DNA of 64,000 nt from NCBI GenBank assembly GCA_016787265.1, contig JAEUVF010000010.1, positions 223,591-287,590 of the forward strand, read 5' to 3'. Each line of letters starts with the position of its first letter. Within the stretch, counting starts at the first letter, position 1. A program made the translations under genes and the position numbers. Positions 57,701 through 64,000 of the stretch are shown one piece after another. The notes below the pieces were generated by a model. It was not told the DNA's origin and ran no database searches. It saw nothing but the letters and a program-made list of their open reading frames with translations. The DNA comes from Flavipsychrobacter sp. (GTDB lineage: Bacteria; Bacteroidota; Bacteroidia; Chitinophagales; Chitinophagaceae).

Positions 57701-58938
57701 CCTGCAGCCAAACCAGTTGCCGTTGCAGCTGTTCCTCCCATGGGAGCCCAGCTATAGGTATATGGACCTACTCCACCAGTAACACTAACACCTGCTGAGC
57801 CATTGCTTCCGCCATTGCAGGTAATATTAGTTTGTGAAGTAGTAGCATTGATGGCCGTAGGCTGAATAATAGTGAAATTTCGGGTAGTAGAACAACCAAG
57901 GGCATCTGTTACGGTAACGGAATAGGGGCCTACTGGAAGACCGGTAATAGTAGAAGTAGTTGCACCCGTAGACCACAAATAAGTATAGGGTGCCGTTCCC
58001 GAGCTGGCAGTAACTGATAAAGCTCCTGTAGCTGTACCATTACAGGCAATATTGGTTTGGGATGTTGCTACATTAACACCACTTACACTTAGGGATGCAG
58101 CATTAGAAGTAACAGAGGACGATCCGCCTACAACGCAACGATATTGATAACCATTCATTACGGTGATAGCATTGGTCAGTGTAAGTGTACTGGTAGTGGC
58201 CCCGGAGTAGTAGGTATTGTTTGAGATATTGGTGAAACCGGAACCTGTATTTATCTGCCATTGATAGGAACTGGCATTTTCAGCAGTAACAGAAAATGTA
58301 GTATTGTTACCTACACAAAGTACCCTGTTGACTGGATGGGATGAAATAGTCGGTGCAGCAACTGCAGCAACCGGTCCCACTTTGATATCATCAATCCAGA
58401 AATACATGATCGCATTGAATTGAATGGATACGGATGTAACTGCAAGATCTTTGGTGTAAGTAATCGCACTGGTAGTGAGTGCGGTATTGTTTCCCTGCTT
58501 GGCAGTCATATCTCGATCCGTTTGAGTACCACCGCCTGCCAGATTATAGGTAATCGTATACCAGGGTGGGAGTGCCATAAACTGGGTATAGCTATTCATG
58601 CTCTGGTGTTTAACCCAGAACCCATAAAATTGAAAGGGTTGACCATCTTCTCTTTGTAAAGTGAATTGATCTCCTCCAGAGCCATCTTTCTTTAAGGAAG
58701 CACTATTGCTAACACCCTCAGTCGCAGAATTGGCGAAAGAACCATTGCCTCCACAGTCCATCTGGTATCGTACACCATCAATGGTAATAACAGCGCGGGT
58801 TTTCCAGAACGACCAGATCGGAGCAGAGAGCGTCGCGCCTGAGTTAAAGTTATAAGTTGTTTGAGAAAATGCCGGTTGTAAGGATACTAATAAAATTAAA
58901 GATAGGATTAGGGGTAAAATTTTTTTCATTGCTTCCAA
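54790..58938 (-). CDS. Giant T9SS-sorted cell-surface adhesin (Ig-like, SprB-type, Big_2 and MBG/YDG repeats)
   Basis: Signal peptide. Three CNG...PYTYxW SprB-type modules. A Big_2-like segment. About 7 KxYDG(T/S/N) MBG-type repeats. The C-terminal roughly 75 aa (VRIYADRAQKASIVLYTVNGQ...GTYILGVYGQ) look like a T9SS type A sorting domain. Confidence 0.85.
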   Translation of the reverse strand: MEAMKKILPLILSLILLVSLQPAFSQTTYNFNSGATLSAPIWSFWKTRAVITIDGVRYQMDCGGNGSFANSATEGVSNSASLKKDGSGGDQFTLQREDGQPFQFYGFWVKHQSMNSYTQFMALPPWYTITYNLAGGGTQTDRDMTAKQGNNTALTTSAITYTKDLAVTSVSIQFNAIMYFWIDDIKVGPVAAVAAPTISSHPVNRVLCVGNNTTFSVTAENASSYQWQINTGSGFTNISNNTYYSGATTSTLTLTNAITVMNGYQYRCVVGGSSSVTSNAASLSVSGVNVATSQTNIACNGTATGALSVTASSGTAPYTYLWSTGATTSTITGLPVGPYSVTVTDALGCSTTRNFTIIQPTAINATTSQTNITCNGGSNGSAGVSVTGGVGPYTYSWAPMGGTAATATGLAAGTYTVTITDQYGCQTTRNFTITQPAAMQVGTSQTNVSCNGASNGSASVTVSGGTAPYTYLWSNGATTSTAAGLTAGTYSVTITDVNGCQSNRNFTLTQPAAVTATVNKTTETICSGSSTSIELIGSNGTSFNWTVAAVSGDVAGYSNGSGETIFQTLTGNGKINYTITPSNGICTGTTIQVAVTVNALTAISSQPISKAIEEGESTSFEITAANATSYQWQVNTGNGFVNLSNNAVYSGVTSSRLIITHASGELDGSNYRCIATGLCATAAISNEVSLAVNVKATQSISFETIPAQTYGDQFSLLASSSSGLSVSFSSSDPSIAEISNGILYAKKAGQVTITANQAGNQDYKPAPALGQLVTIQKRILTIERNTTVALEKTYDGNHLLTLPQNALTIQNTVNGDVLEATAAAHFISETAGINKAVTIDNFQLTGDNLENYVLSTSSISTTGEINKKTIIAQIKNNAQLVKTYDGSSNLELESNPVELTGLVGSDEVFVQTAAAFDNKNAGTNKTVTLSLQALVGNDKDNYELSSSTLTTPGTIQPKMVNVTQTTQRGLYKTYDGTTTMNPNDLSLEISGTVAGDELSVLAAADFESKNVGTNIPVDIHSLQLDGKDKDNYQLTSQHTTAVGTIEPYVLTLTFSQDHTISKIYDGTTKAAISKEHLVLPTLFGEDEVSLEVPASASYDNKNAGTGKQITVEGITLSGKDAGNYTLEAASVNGSVGTILPKAATVKATAATKVYGSPDPAFSFTTEGVLEGETLEGKLSRMEGKNAGVYDITIGSLSGGTNYTIESFEKASLTITKADLLIKVDSKLRKQGQPNPAFTFQYIGLAGGDQPADLSTAPTATTTAVTNSPIGIFEVNVTGAASPNYNISYQNGQLTIVPASNQNSVQAWSSGSGQLQVRIYADRAQKASIVLYTVNGQTLILEARQLNQGINTFTLRTGHLTTGTYILGVYGQYFKEADKLNIK
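57406..58068 (-). repeat. Three tandem SprB-type repeat modules of about 73 aa inside the adhesin gene
   Basis: aa ~291-511: NIACNGTATG...GTAPYTYLWS...NFTIIQP / NITCNGGSNG...GPYTYSWAP...NFTITQP / NVSCNGASNG...TAPYTYLWSN...NFTLTQP. Confidence 0.7.
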
Positions 58939-59081
58939 TTACGGTTTGACATAGACGAACGGAATTGTAAAACCGTAATTGTATTGTCCCTTTGCTATTA
59001 GAATTTCCTTACAAAAAAATCTAATAGCATACTCTTAGTAAATCAATCAAGAGTGAATACAAAAGAAGGATTTGATTTATA

Positions 59082-59993
59082 TCAAATGGTCTGAATGAGC
59101 TGTATACTTCTGGGGAGTACACGAATATTGAGCGTTTCCTCACTCTCTTTTGGTTCTCCATCAATATGTAAAGGCGCCAGATCCTTGTTGCGGATCTGGA
59201 TTTTAGCTGTTTGAAAATATTGGATGGTTCCGGTTTGGTCTTCAAGTGCACTTGTTAGTTGTCCGGTTCTTACCTGCTGCATGAGGGCAAAAGGAAGTAT
59301 CGCTTTATTCATTTTGGGCACTACAACGATATCCAGTAATCCATCATTCAGGCTTGCCTTTGGTGCTATGGTAAACTGATTTCCAAATTGATTGCTGTTG
59401 GCAACACTTATAAAATACGCATCGGTCTGGATCACATGCTCTTCCACTACCATTTCGAAATGATAGGTGGTAGCAGTGAAATAATTCTTGATGGTTTGCT
59501 GGGTGTAGGTAAGCAGTCCTCTACCTGGCTGTTGTGCGAAATCATGGGCTACTTTGGCGTCAAATCCGAGTCCGCATAACATACAGGCAAACTGTTCATT
59601 TACCAGGAAGGCATCAATATAGCGGGCTTTTCCTGTGAAAGCGAGTTCAATAGCTTTTTGCGGGTTTTTGGGAATGCCAGCGCAATAAGCGAGACCGTTT
59701 CCGGATCCACAGGGTACAATTCCGAAATGAATATCCAGATCCCGCAAATCACTCAATACATTGTTTACGGTACCATCTCCCCCACATATAATTATATCTG
59801 TATATCCTTCTTCTTCTATTCGCTGGCGTACAAAGGAATAATCACCACTGGCAACGGTGGGTAACACAATAGCCTGCGAATGGAGCCTGGAAGCTGTTTG
59901 ATTGATTAATTCAGCCAAATCGGCTTTAGGCCGGGTTCCTGAAATCGGGTTGATCAGGAATATCAGTTTTTTCTGGGAGGGATCCACTAGCAT
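59082..59993 (-). CDS. Diacylglycerol/lipid kinase family protein (YegS/BmrU-like)
   Basis: IICGGDGTVNNV and PCGSGNGLA motifs. Confidence 0.8.
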   Translation of the reverse strand: MLVDPSQKKLIFLINPISGTRPKADLAELINQTASRLHSQAIVLPTVASGDYSFVRQRIEEEGYTDIIICGGDGTVNNVLSDLRDLDIHFGIVPCGSGNGLAYCAGIPKNPQKAIELAFTGKARYIDAFLVNEQFACMLCGLGFDAKVAHDFAQQPGRGLLTYTQQTIKNYFTATTYHFEMVVEEHVIQTDAYFISVANSNQFGNQFTIAPKASLNDGLLDIVVVPKMNKAILPFALMQQVRTGQLTSALEDQTGTIQYFQTAKIQIRNKDLAPLHIDGEPKESEETLNIRVLPRSIQLIQTI

Positions 59994-60026
59994 GCATTGC
60001 CCTTTGGTTAAGGCAAAGCTAAGGCT

Positions 60027-60986
60027 TCAGGGCTGTTTCAGCTTCTTAAATTCTGCCGCGGAAACTTTAATAACGGTTCCATGTCGGGCGCCGGCAGGAA
60101 ATTTCAGTTCCTGGCTTACATCTTCCCATTTTTTCAGGTCTTTGGATCGCAGGCAGGCATATCGTTTTGAGGTATACTGATCATAATACATCCACCAGTA
60201 GCCCTGGTGATAAATCATGGTGGGACCTTCTGCCCAGGTTTTACCGGAAATGGGTTCAGATGGTTTGGAATAGGGACCAGTCAGTTGTTTACTGATCGCG
60301 ATCCGTATATTCTTTTCAGGTGAAGGTTTCAGTGTTTCATCTTTCAGCAACATGCTGTAAGTGTTGCCGGTTTTATAGATGCTGGCATCAATTACATTAA
60401 AACCCTGGTCGTAAAGTAAGCTGGTTGGTGTGAATGTTTTAAAATCCCGGGTTAGTGTGTAGTAGATGCGATGATTGTATTTATCATCGCCATTTTCTTC
60501 TGTTTGGGGGAAGCGACCGGGAATGGTAGACGACCAAAAGATTAAAAATTGTTTTGACTGCTTATCATAAAATAATTCCGGTGCCCAGGTATTCAGGGTG
60601 GTTGGCTCGTGTTCCATAACAGGAATGAATACCTGCTCAGACCAGTGAATCAGATCCTTCGAGTGTGCATAACCGATACCCCGATCATTCCAGCTAACGG
60701 TCCAGACCATATGAAAACGCCCATCACCTCCGCGGGTAATGCAGGGGTCTCGCATCAGTTTATCATTGGCTACGGTAGGGGTAAGAAAAGAAGAGTCTCC
60801 TTTAAGCGAGGCCCACTGTACACCATCATAACTGAATGCAAGGTGCAGACCATCCTCTCCATTTCCTTTGAAATAGGAAAAAATAAGTACGCTATCGGTG
60901 GAACTTGACTGGGCGAAAGAAAATACTGGCAGTAATCCGAAGACTACTGCCAGTAAGAGTTTATATTTTTGGAACTTTATATCCAT
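60027..60986 (-). CDS. Secreted five-bladed beta-propeller glycoside hydrolase (GH43-superfamily-like)
   Basis: Signal peptide, MRDPCITRGGDGRFHMVW, WAPELFYD and AEGPTM patterns. Confidence 0.6.
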   Translation of the reverse strand: MDIKFQKYKLLLAVVFGLLPVFSFAQSSSTDSVLIFSYFKGNGEDGLHLAFSYDGVQWASLKGDSSFLTPTVANDKLMRDPCITRGGDGRFHMVWTVSWNDRGIGYAHSKDLIHWSEQVFIPVMEHEPTTLNTWAPELFYDKQSKQFLIFWSSTIPGRFPQTEENGDDKYNHRIYYTLTRDFKTFTPTSLLYDQGFNVIDASIYKTGNTYSMLLKDETLKPSPEKNIRIAISKQLTGPYSKPSEPISGKTWAEGPTMIYHQGYWWMYYDQYTSKRYACLRSKDLKKWEDVSQELKFPAGARHGTVIKVSAAEFKKLKQP

Positions 60987-62265
60987 TTTGGTAATTGGCT
61001 TTCAGCAGGGCATTTGCTGCTTTACTATTGAATTGACCCTTTACGGAATCCCATTTAAGCAGTTCCTTTGTACGGAATGCAATATTACCAAGCTGGCAAA
61101 CCTGTGCGGTTAAGGATGCCTGTTGGATAGGAGTATTTAATTTCGATGGGTTGTTGGATTTGATAGCGTCCAGCAGGTTGGCCATATGACGTTCTACAGA
61201 ATCACCCTGGTCCTTCTGAAAAGGTACAGGTTCCATTTTCCCTTTTTCCTCTTTCACATACCAGCCTTCCCGGTTTAATACCAGGGTACCGTTGTTGCCG
61301 ATAAAGGCAGTACCGTGCGTGAGTCCGTATGGACCGAGATCGATGCCGGTTGCATGTTCCCATACGATGTTAAACTTATCATATTCAAACACAGCTGCCA
61401 GGGTATCCGGCGTTTCAGCTGCATCATCGGGGTAAGCCATTTTGCCACCGGAAGCCATTACCTGGTTCGGGAACTGGGCTTTCATGCCTAATAAAGCATA
61501 GTCCATCATGTGTACACCCCAGTCTGTCATGAGTCCGCCTGCATAATCCCAGAACCATCTGAATTCAAAGTGAAAGCGATTCTGATTGAAAGGGCGTTTA
61601 GGGGCGGGGCCCAGCCATCTCGTGTAATCTACACCGTTAGGAGCTGGAGCATCCGGCCGGATAGGAACCGGTTTCATCCAGCCCATATAAGCCCAGGATT
61701 TCACTGTACGGATATTTCCGAGTTTGCCACTGTGAACAAAATTGATGGCGTCCTGGAAGTGAGGTGCGCTTCTTTGCCACTGGCCAACCTGTACGATGGA
61801 GCCATAGCGCTGCTGGGCAGCTTCCATCACGCGGCATTCTTCTACAGTGTTGCCACAGGGTTTTTCAACATAAACATGTTTGCCGGCGGCGCAGGCATCT
61901 ACCATCTGGATACAATGCCAGTGGTCAGGAGTGGCAATAATTACAAGATCAACATCTTTATTGGCAAGTAAATCACGGTGATCCTTATAGGTTTTAACCG
62001 GCATATTGATCGCCGCAAGTTCTCCGGCTCTTTTTGTCAGTACGTTTTCATCTACATCACAAAGTGCGATACAGCGAACATTTGGCTGTTTAAGAATTGA
62101 CTGGAGATTATGCCAGCCCATACCATAACATCCTATTAATCCAACATTGATCTGGTCTGCGGCACTAAGCCGACCAGAAAAAGCATTCGCTAAAGTGGGC
62201 ATTGCGGTTACGCCCAATGCAAGTGTTGCGGATTGAGCAAGAAAACGTCTACGTTGGTTTTGCAT
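60961..62265 (-). CDS. Tat-exported Gfo/Idh/MocA-family oxidoreductase
   Basis: Twin-arginine leader MQNQRRRFLAQSATLALG and Rossmann INVGLIGCYGMG. I chose the internal ATG at 62265. Confidence 0.8.
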   Translation of the reverse strand: MQNQRRRFLAQSATLALGVTAMPTLANAFSGRLSAADQINVGLIGCYGMGWHNLQSILKQPNVRCIALCDVDENVLTKRAGELAAINMPVKTYKDHRDLLANKDVDLVIIATPDHWHCIQMVDACAAGKHVYVEKPCGNTVEECRVMEAAQQRYGSIVQVGQWQRSAPHFQDAINFVHSGKLGNIRTVKSWAYMGWMKPVPIRPDAPAPNGVDYTRWLGPAPKRPFNQNRFHFEFRWFWDYAGGLMTDWGVHMMDYALLGMKAQFPNQVMASGGKMAYPDDAAETPDTLAAVFEYDKFNIVWEHATGIDLGPYGLTHGTAFIGNNGTLVLNREGWYVKEEKGKMEPVPFQKDQGDSVERHMANLLDAIKSNNPSKLNTPIQQASLTAQVCQLGNIAFRTKELLKWDSVKGQFNSKAANALLKANYQNGYKVPKI

Positions 62266-62338
62266 GACAAGCTTGATTAGTTTGATACCCGGAAATTTAC
62301 AAACTAAATCGTTAAATGCCATACTGTACTGTCGGTTT

Positions 62339-63394
62339 TTACCATCTGAGCAATGCACTGGCCCAGGTGAATCCACTTCCGAATGCGGCAAGACAAACCA
62401 GGTCGCCATCTGTTATTTTTCCTTTTTCCCAGGCTTCACAAAGTGCGATGGGTACAGATGCTGCTGTGGTGTTACCATATTGCTGGATATTATTGTATAC
62501 CTGATGGTCGCCCAGTTGCAATTGTTGTTGCACAAATTGTGCAATGCGCAAATTGGCCTGGTGCGGGATCAGCATGTTGATATCAGATGCTTTGAGTCCG
62601 TTTGCCTGCAGAGCTTCCATGATAACTTCAGGAAACTTAACAACGGCTTTTTTGAAAACAGCAGGCCCATCCATATTAGGGAAATTCTGTGCCTTGTCAA
62701 TCATTTCATGGCTCATGAACTGTTCTCCAATAGTAGCTCCTTCTTTAAAATCAGCATAGTGACCCCAGTGATTGGCATGGGTGCCCGGGTTGTACATGGC
62801 GAGCAATTCGGCGCTTTCGCCATCACTATGAAGATGTGTGCTTAAGATGCCCTGGTTGGCATTCCCGGTAGGTTGAAGCACAACTGCACCAGCGCCATCA
62901 CCAAAAATTACAGATACATTTCGACCCCGGGTACTGAAGTCCAGTCCGAAGGAATGTTTTTCACTTCCAATCACCAGGATGTTTTTGTACATCCCTGTTT
63001 TTATAAACTGGTCAGCTACCGATAATGCATAAACGAAGCCACTGCATTGATTGCGGATATCAAGGGCACCAATCTCTTTCATTTTCAGGGCTCGTTGAAC
63101 CAGTACACCGCAGCCAGGGAAATAATAATCAGGGGAGAGGGTAGCAAAAACAATGAAATCGATATCCTGTGGGGTGATGCCTGCTCTTTCGATTGCGATT
63201 TTAGCTGCTTCCACACCCATGGTAGTAGTGGTTTCACCCTGTCGGTCGGCATACCTGCGTTGGGTGATTCCTGTTCGTTCGCGGATCCATTCATCACTGG
63301 TTTCCATATACTGGGTCAGGTCCTGGTTGGTCACAACATTCTTTGGAACATACATTCCTATTCCCGCAATCTTTGATCGTAGCATGGCAAACAA
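62339..63394 (-). CDS. fabH: Beta-ketoacyl-ACP synthase III family protein
   Basis: Catalytic contexts NQCSGFVYAL (Cys), IPHQANLRI (His) and YGNTTAASVP (Asn). Confidence 0.85.
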   Translation of the reverse strand: MFAMLRSKIAGIGMYVPKNVVTNQDLTQYMETSDEWIRERTGITQRRYADRQGETTTTMGVEAAKIAIERAGITPQDIDFIVFATLSPDYYFPGCGVLVQRALKMKEIGALDIRNQCSGFVYALSVADQFIKTGMYKNILVIGSEKHSFGLDFSTRGRNVSVIFGDGAGAVVLQPTGNANQGILSTHLHSDGESAELLAMYNPGTHANHWGHYADFKEGATIGEQFMSHEMIDKAQNFPNMDGPAVFKKAVVKFPEVIMEALQANGLKASDINMLIPHQANLRIAQFVQQQLQLGDHQVYNNIQQYGNTTAASVPIALCEAWEKGKITDGDLVCLAAFGSGFTWASALLRW

Positions 63395-63476
63395 TTATGT
63401 TGCAAATATAGGCACTCCACTCCGCCTCGGCGGATGCCACCCGCCGTGACGGATTGAAATTTCGTAGATTAGAAAG

Positions 63477-63818
63477 ATGCGTTTTAAGTGGATCAGACAA
63501 AACCTGGAAGCACTGTTATGGGTGGGGGCTATTTTGTGGCTGGCTTTTGGCGTGGACTATCGTGCAACGGCAGCAGGATTTTGTCCCTTTCGGATCATGG
63601 GAATAGAAGCCCTTACTGGTTTGGAAGGATGCCCTGGTTGCGGCCTGGGAAGAAGTATCGCGGCAGCACTGCATGGTGAATTTAAACTATCCTGGAAGCA
63701 TCACTGGATAGGTATTCCTGCCCTGTTGATTATATGTAGCAGAATTGTAACTTTAATACGAACCCAAATTAAAAACCAACCCGGATATGATGGATACCTA
63801 CCTGATGAGTTTACCTGA
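63477..63818 (+). CDS. DUF2752-family membrane protein
   Basis: CPFRIMG...CPGCGLGRS paired-Cys motif flanked by TM helices. Confidence 0.7.
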   Translation: MRFKWIRQNLEALLWVGAILWLAFGVDYRATAAGFCPFRIMGIEALTGLEGCPGCGLGRSIAAALHGEFKLSWKHHWIGIPALLIICSRIVTLIRTQIKNQPGYDGYLPDEFT

Positions 63819-64000
63819 TTTGCAACCTGAAGAGGTTGCGGGAATCAAAGACCTGACCAGCAAAATGTCTGAATCTCAAAGAAATCAATTTCTCATGATC
63901 TATAGCGGAAAACGCAAAAAGCCAGGAGAGATCTTACTGCTGACCTGTTTGGGTTTTGTAGTAGTGGCGGGTATCCAGCGTTTTGTAGTTGGACAGGTAG
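63787..64000 (+). CDS. TM2-domain protein (3' end outside window)
   Basis: My own translation: MMDTYLMSLPDLQPEEVAGIKDLTSKMSESQRNQFLMIYSGKRKKPGEILLLTCLGFVVVAGIQRFVVGQV. The frame is still open at the window end. G(I/V)xRFxxG is the TM2 signature. This ORF is not in the supplied track. Confidence 0.6.
   Translation, partial: MMDTYLMSLPDLQPEEVAGIKDLTSKMSESQRNQFLMIYSGKRKKPGEILLLTCLGFVVVAGIQRFVVGQV

Noticed and set aside
58939-59081. Inverted repeats upstream of the adhesin gene as a possible invertible (phase-variable) promoter
   Set aside because: TTACGGTTT...AAACCGTAA and GCTATTAGA-N17-TCTAATAGC are short local hairpins spanning under 45 bp each. The second reads as the terminator of the upstream lipid-kinase gene. 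No recombinase gene is nearby.

Overview
This is a 64-kb chromosomal window from a Bacteroidota genome, probably Chitinophagia/Sphingobacteriia-like. The evidence is a SusC/SusD pair, a T9SS-sorted giant adhesin, TAnnTTTG -7 boxes and many lipoproteins. I support about 57 protein-coding genes, two of them decayed: a frameshifted susD and a truncated DUF2264 remnant. I saw no rRNA, tRNA, CRISPR array, transposase, integrase or phage gene.

Notable content:
1. A complete four-enzyme trans-4-hydroxy-L-proline catabolic set with a DUF885 putative peptidase and an APC permease. It sits directly against a SusC/SusD-GH127 (beta-L-arabinofuranosidase family) PUL with an AraC regulator. I read this as a candidate utilisation locus for hydroxyproline-rich glycoproteins (extensin-type Hyp-arabinosides).
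2. A sulfide/persulfide detoxification operon: Crp/Fnr regulator, persulfide dioxygenase-rhodanese fusion, rhodanese, small Cys-motif membrane protein, thioredoxin and a split YeeE/YedE. Its intercistronic and 3' spacers are C-free G/A tandem repeats. A second module 17 kb away (type II SQR, DUF202, Usp) carries the same GTGAC-N4-GTCA box upstream.
3. Six tightly packed minus-strand genes, five junctions overlapping or near-abutting: amidohydrolase, MsrA, DUF2157, DUF4401, GDYXXLXY and a secreted 291-aa protein of unknown function.
4. A polytopic-membrane-anchored patatin phospholipase.
5. A YciI(DGPF)/ECF42-type sigma factor pair.

All family assignments come from motifs read by eye in the supplied translations. 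No database search, HMM or RNA folding was run.
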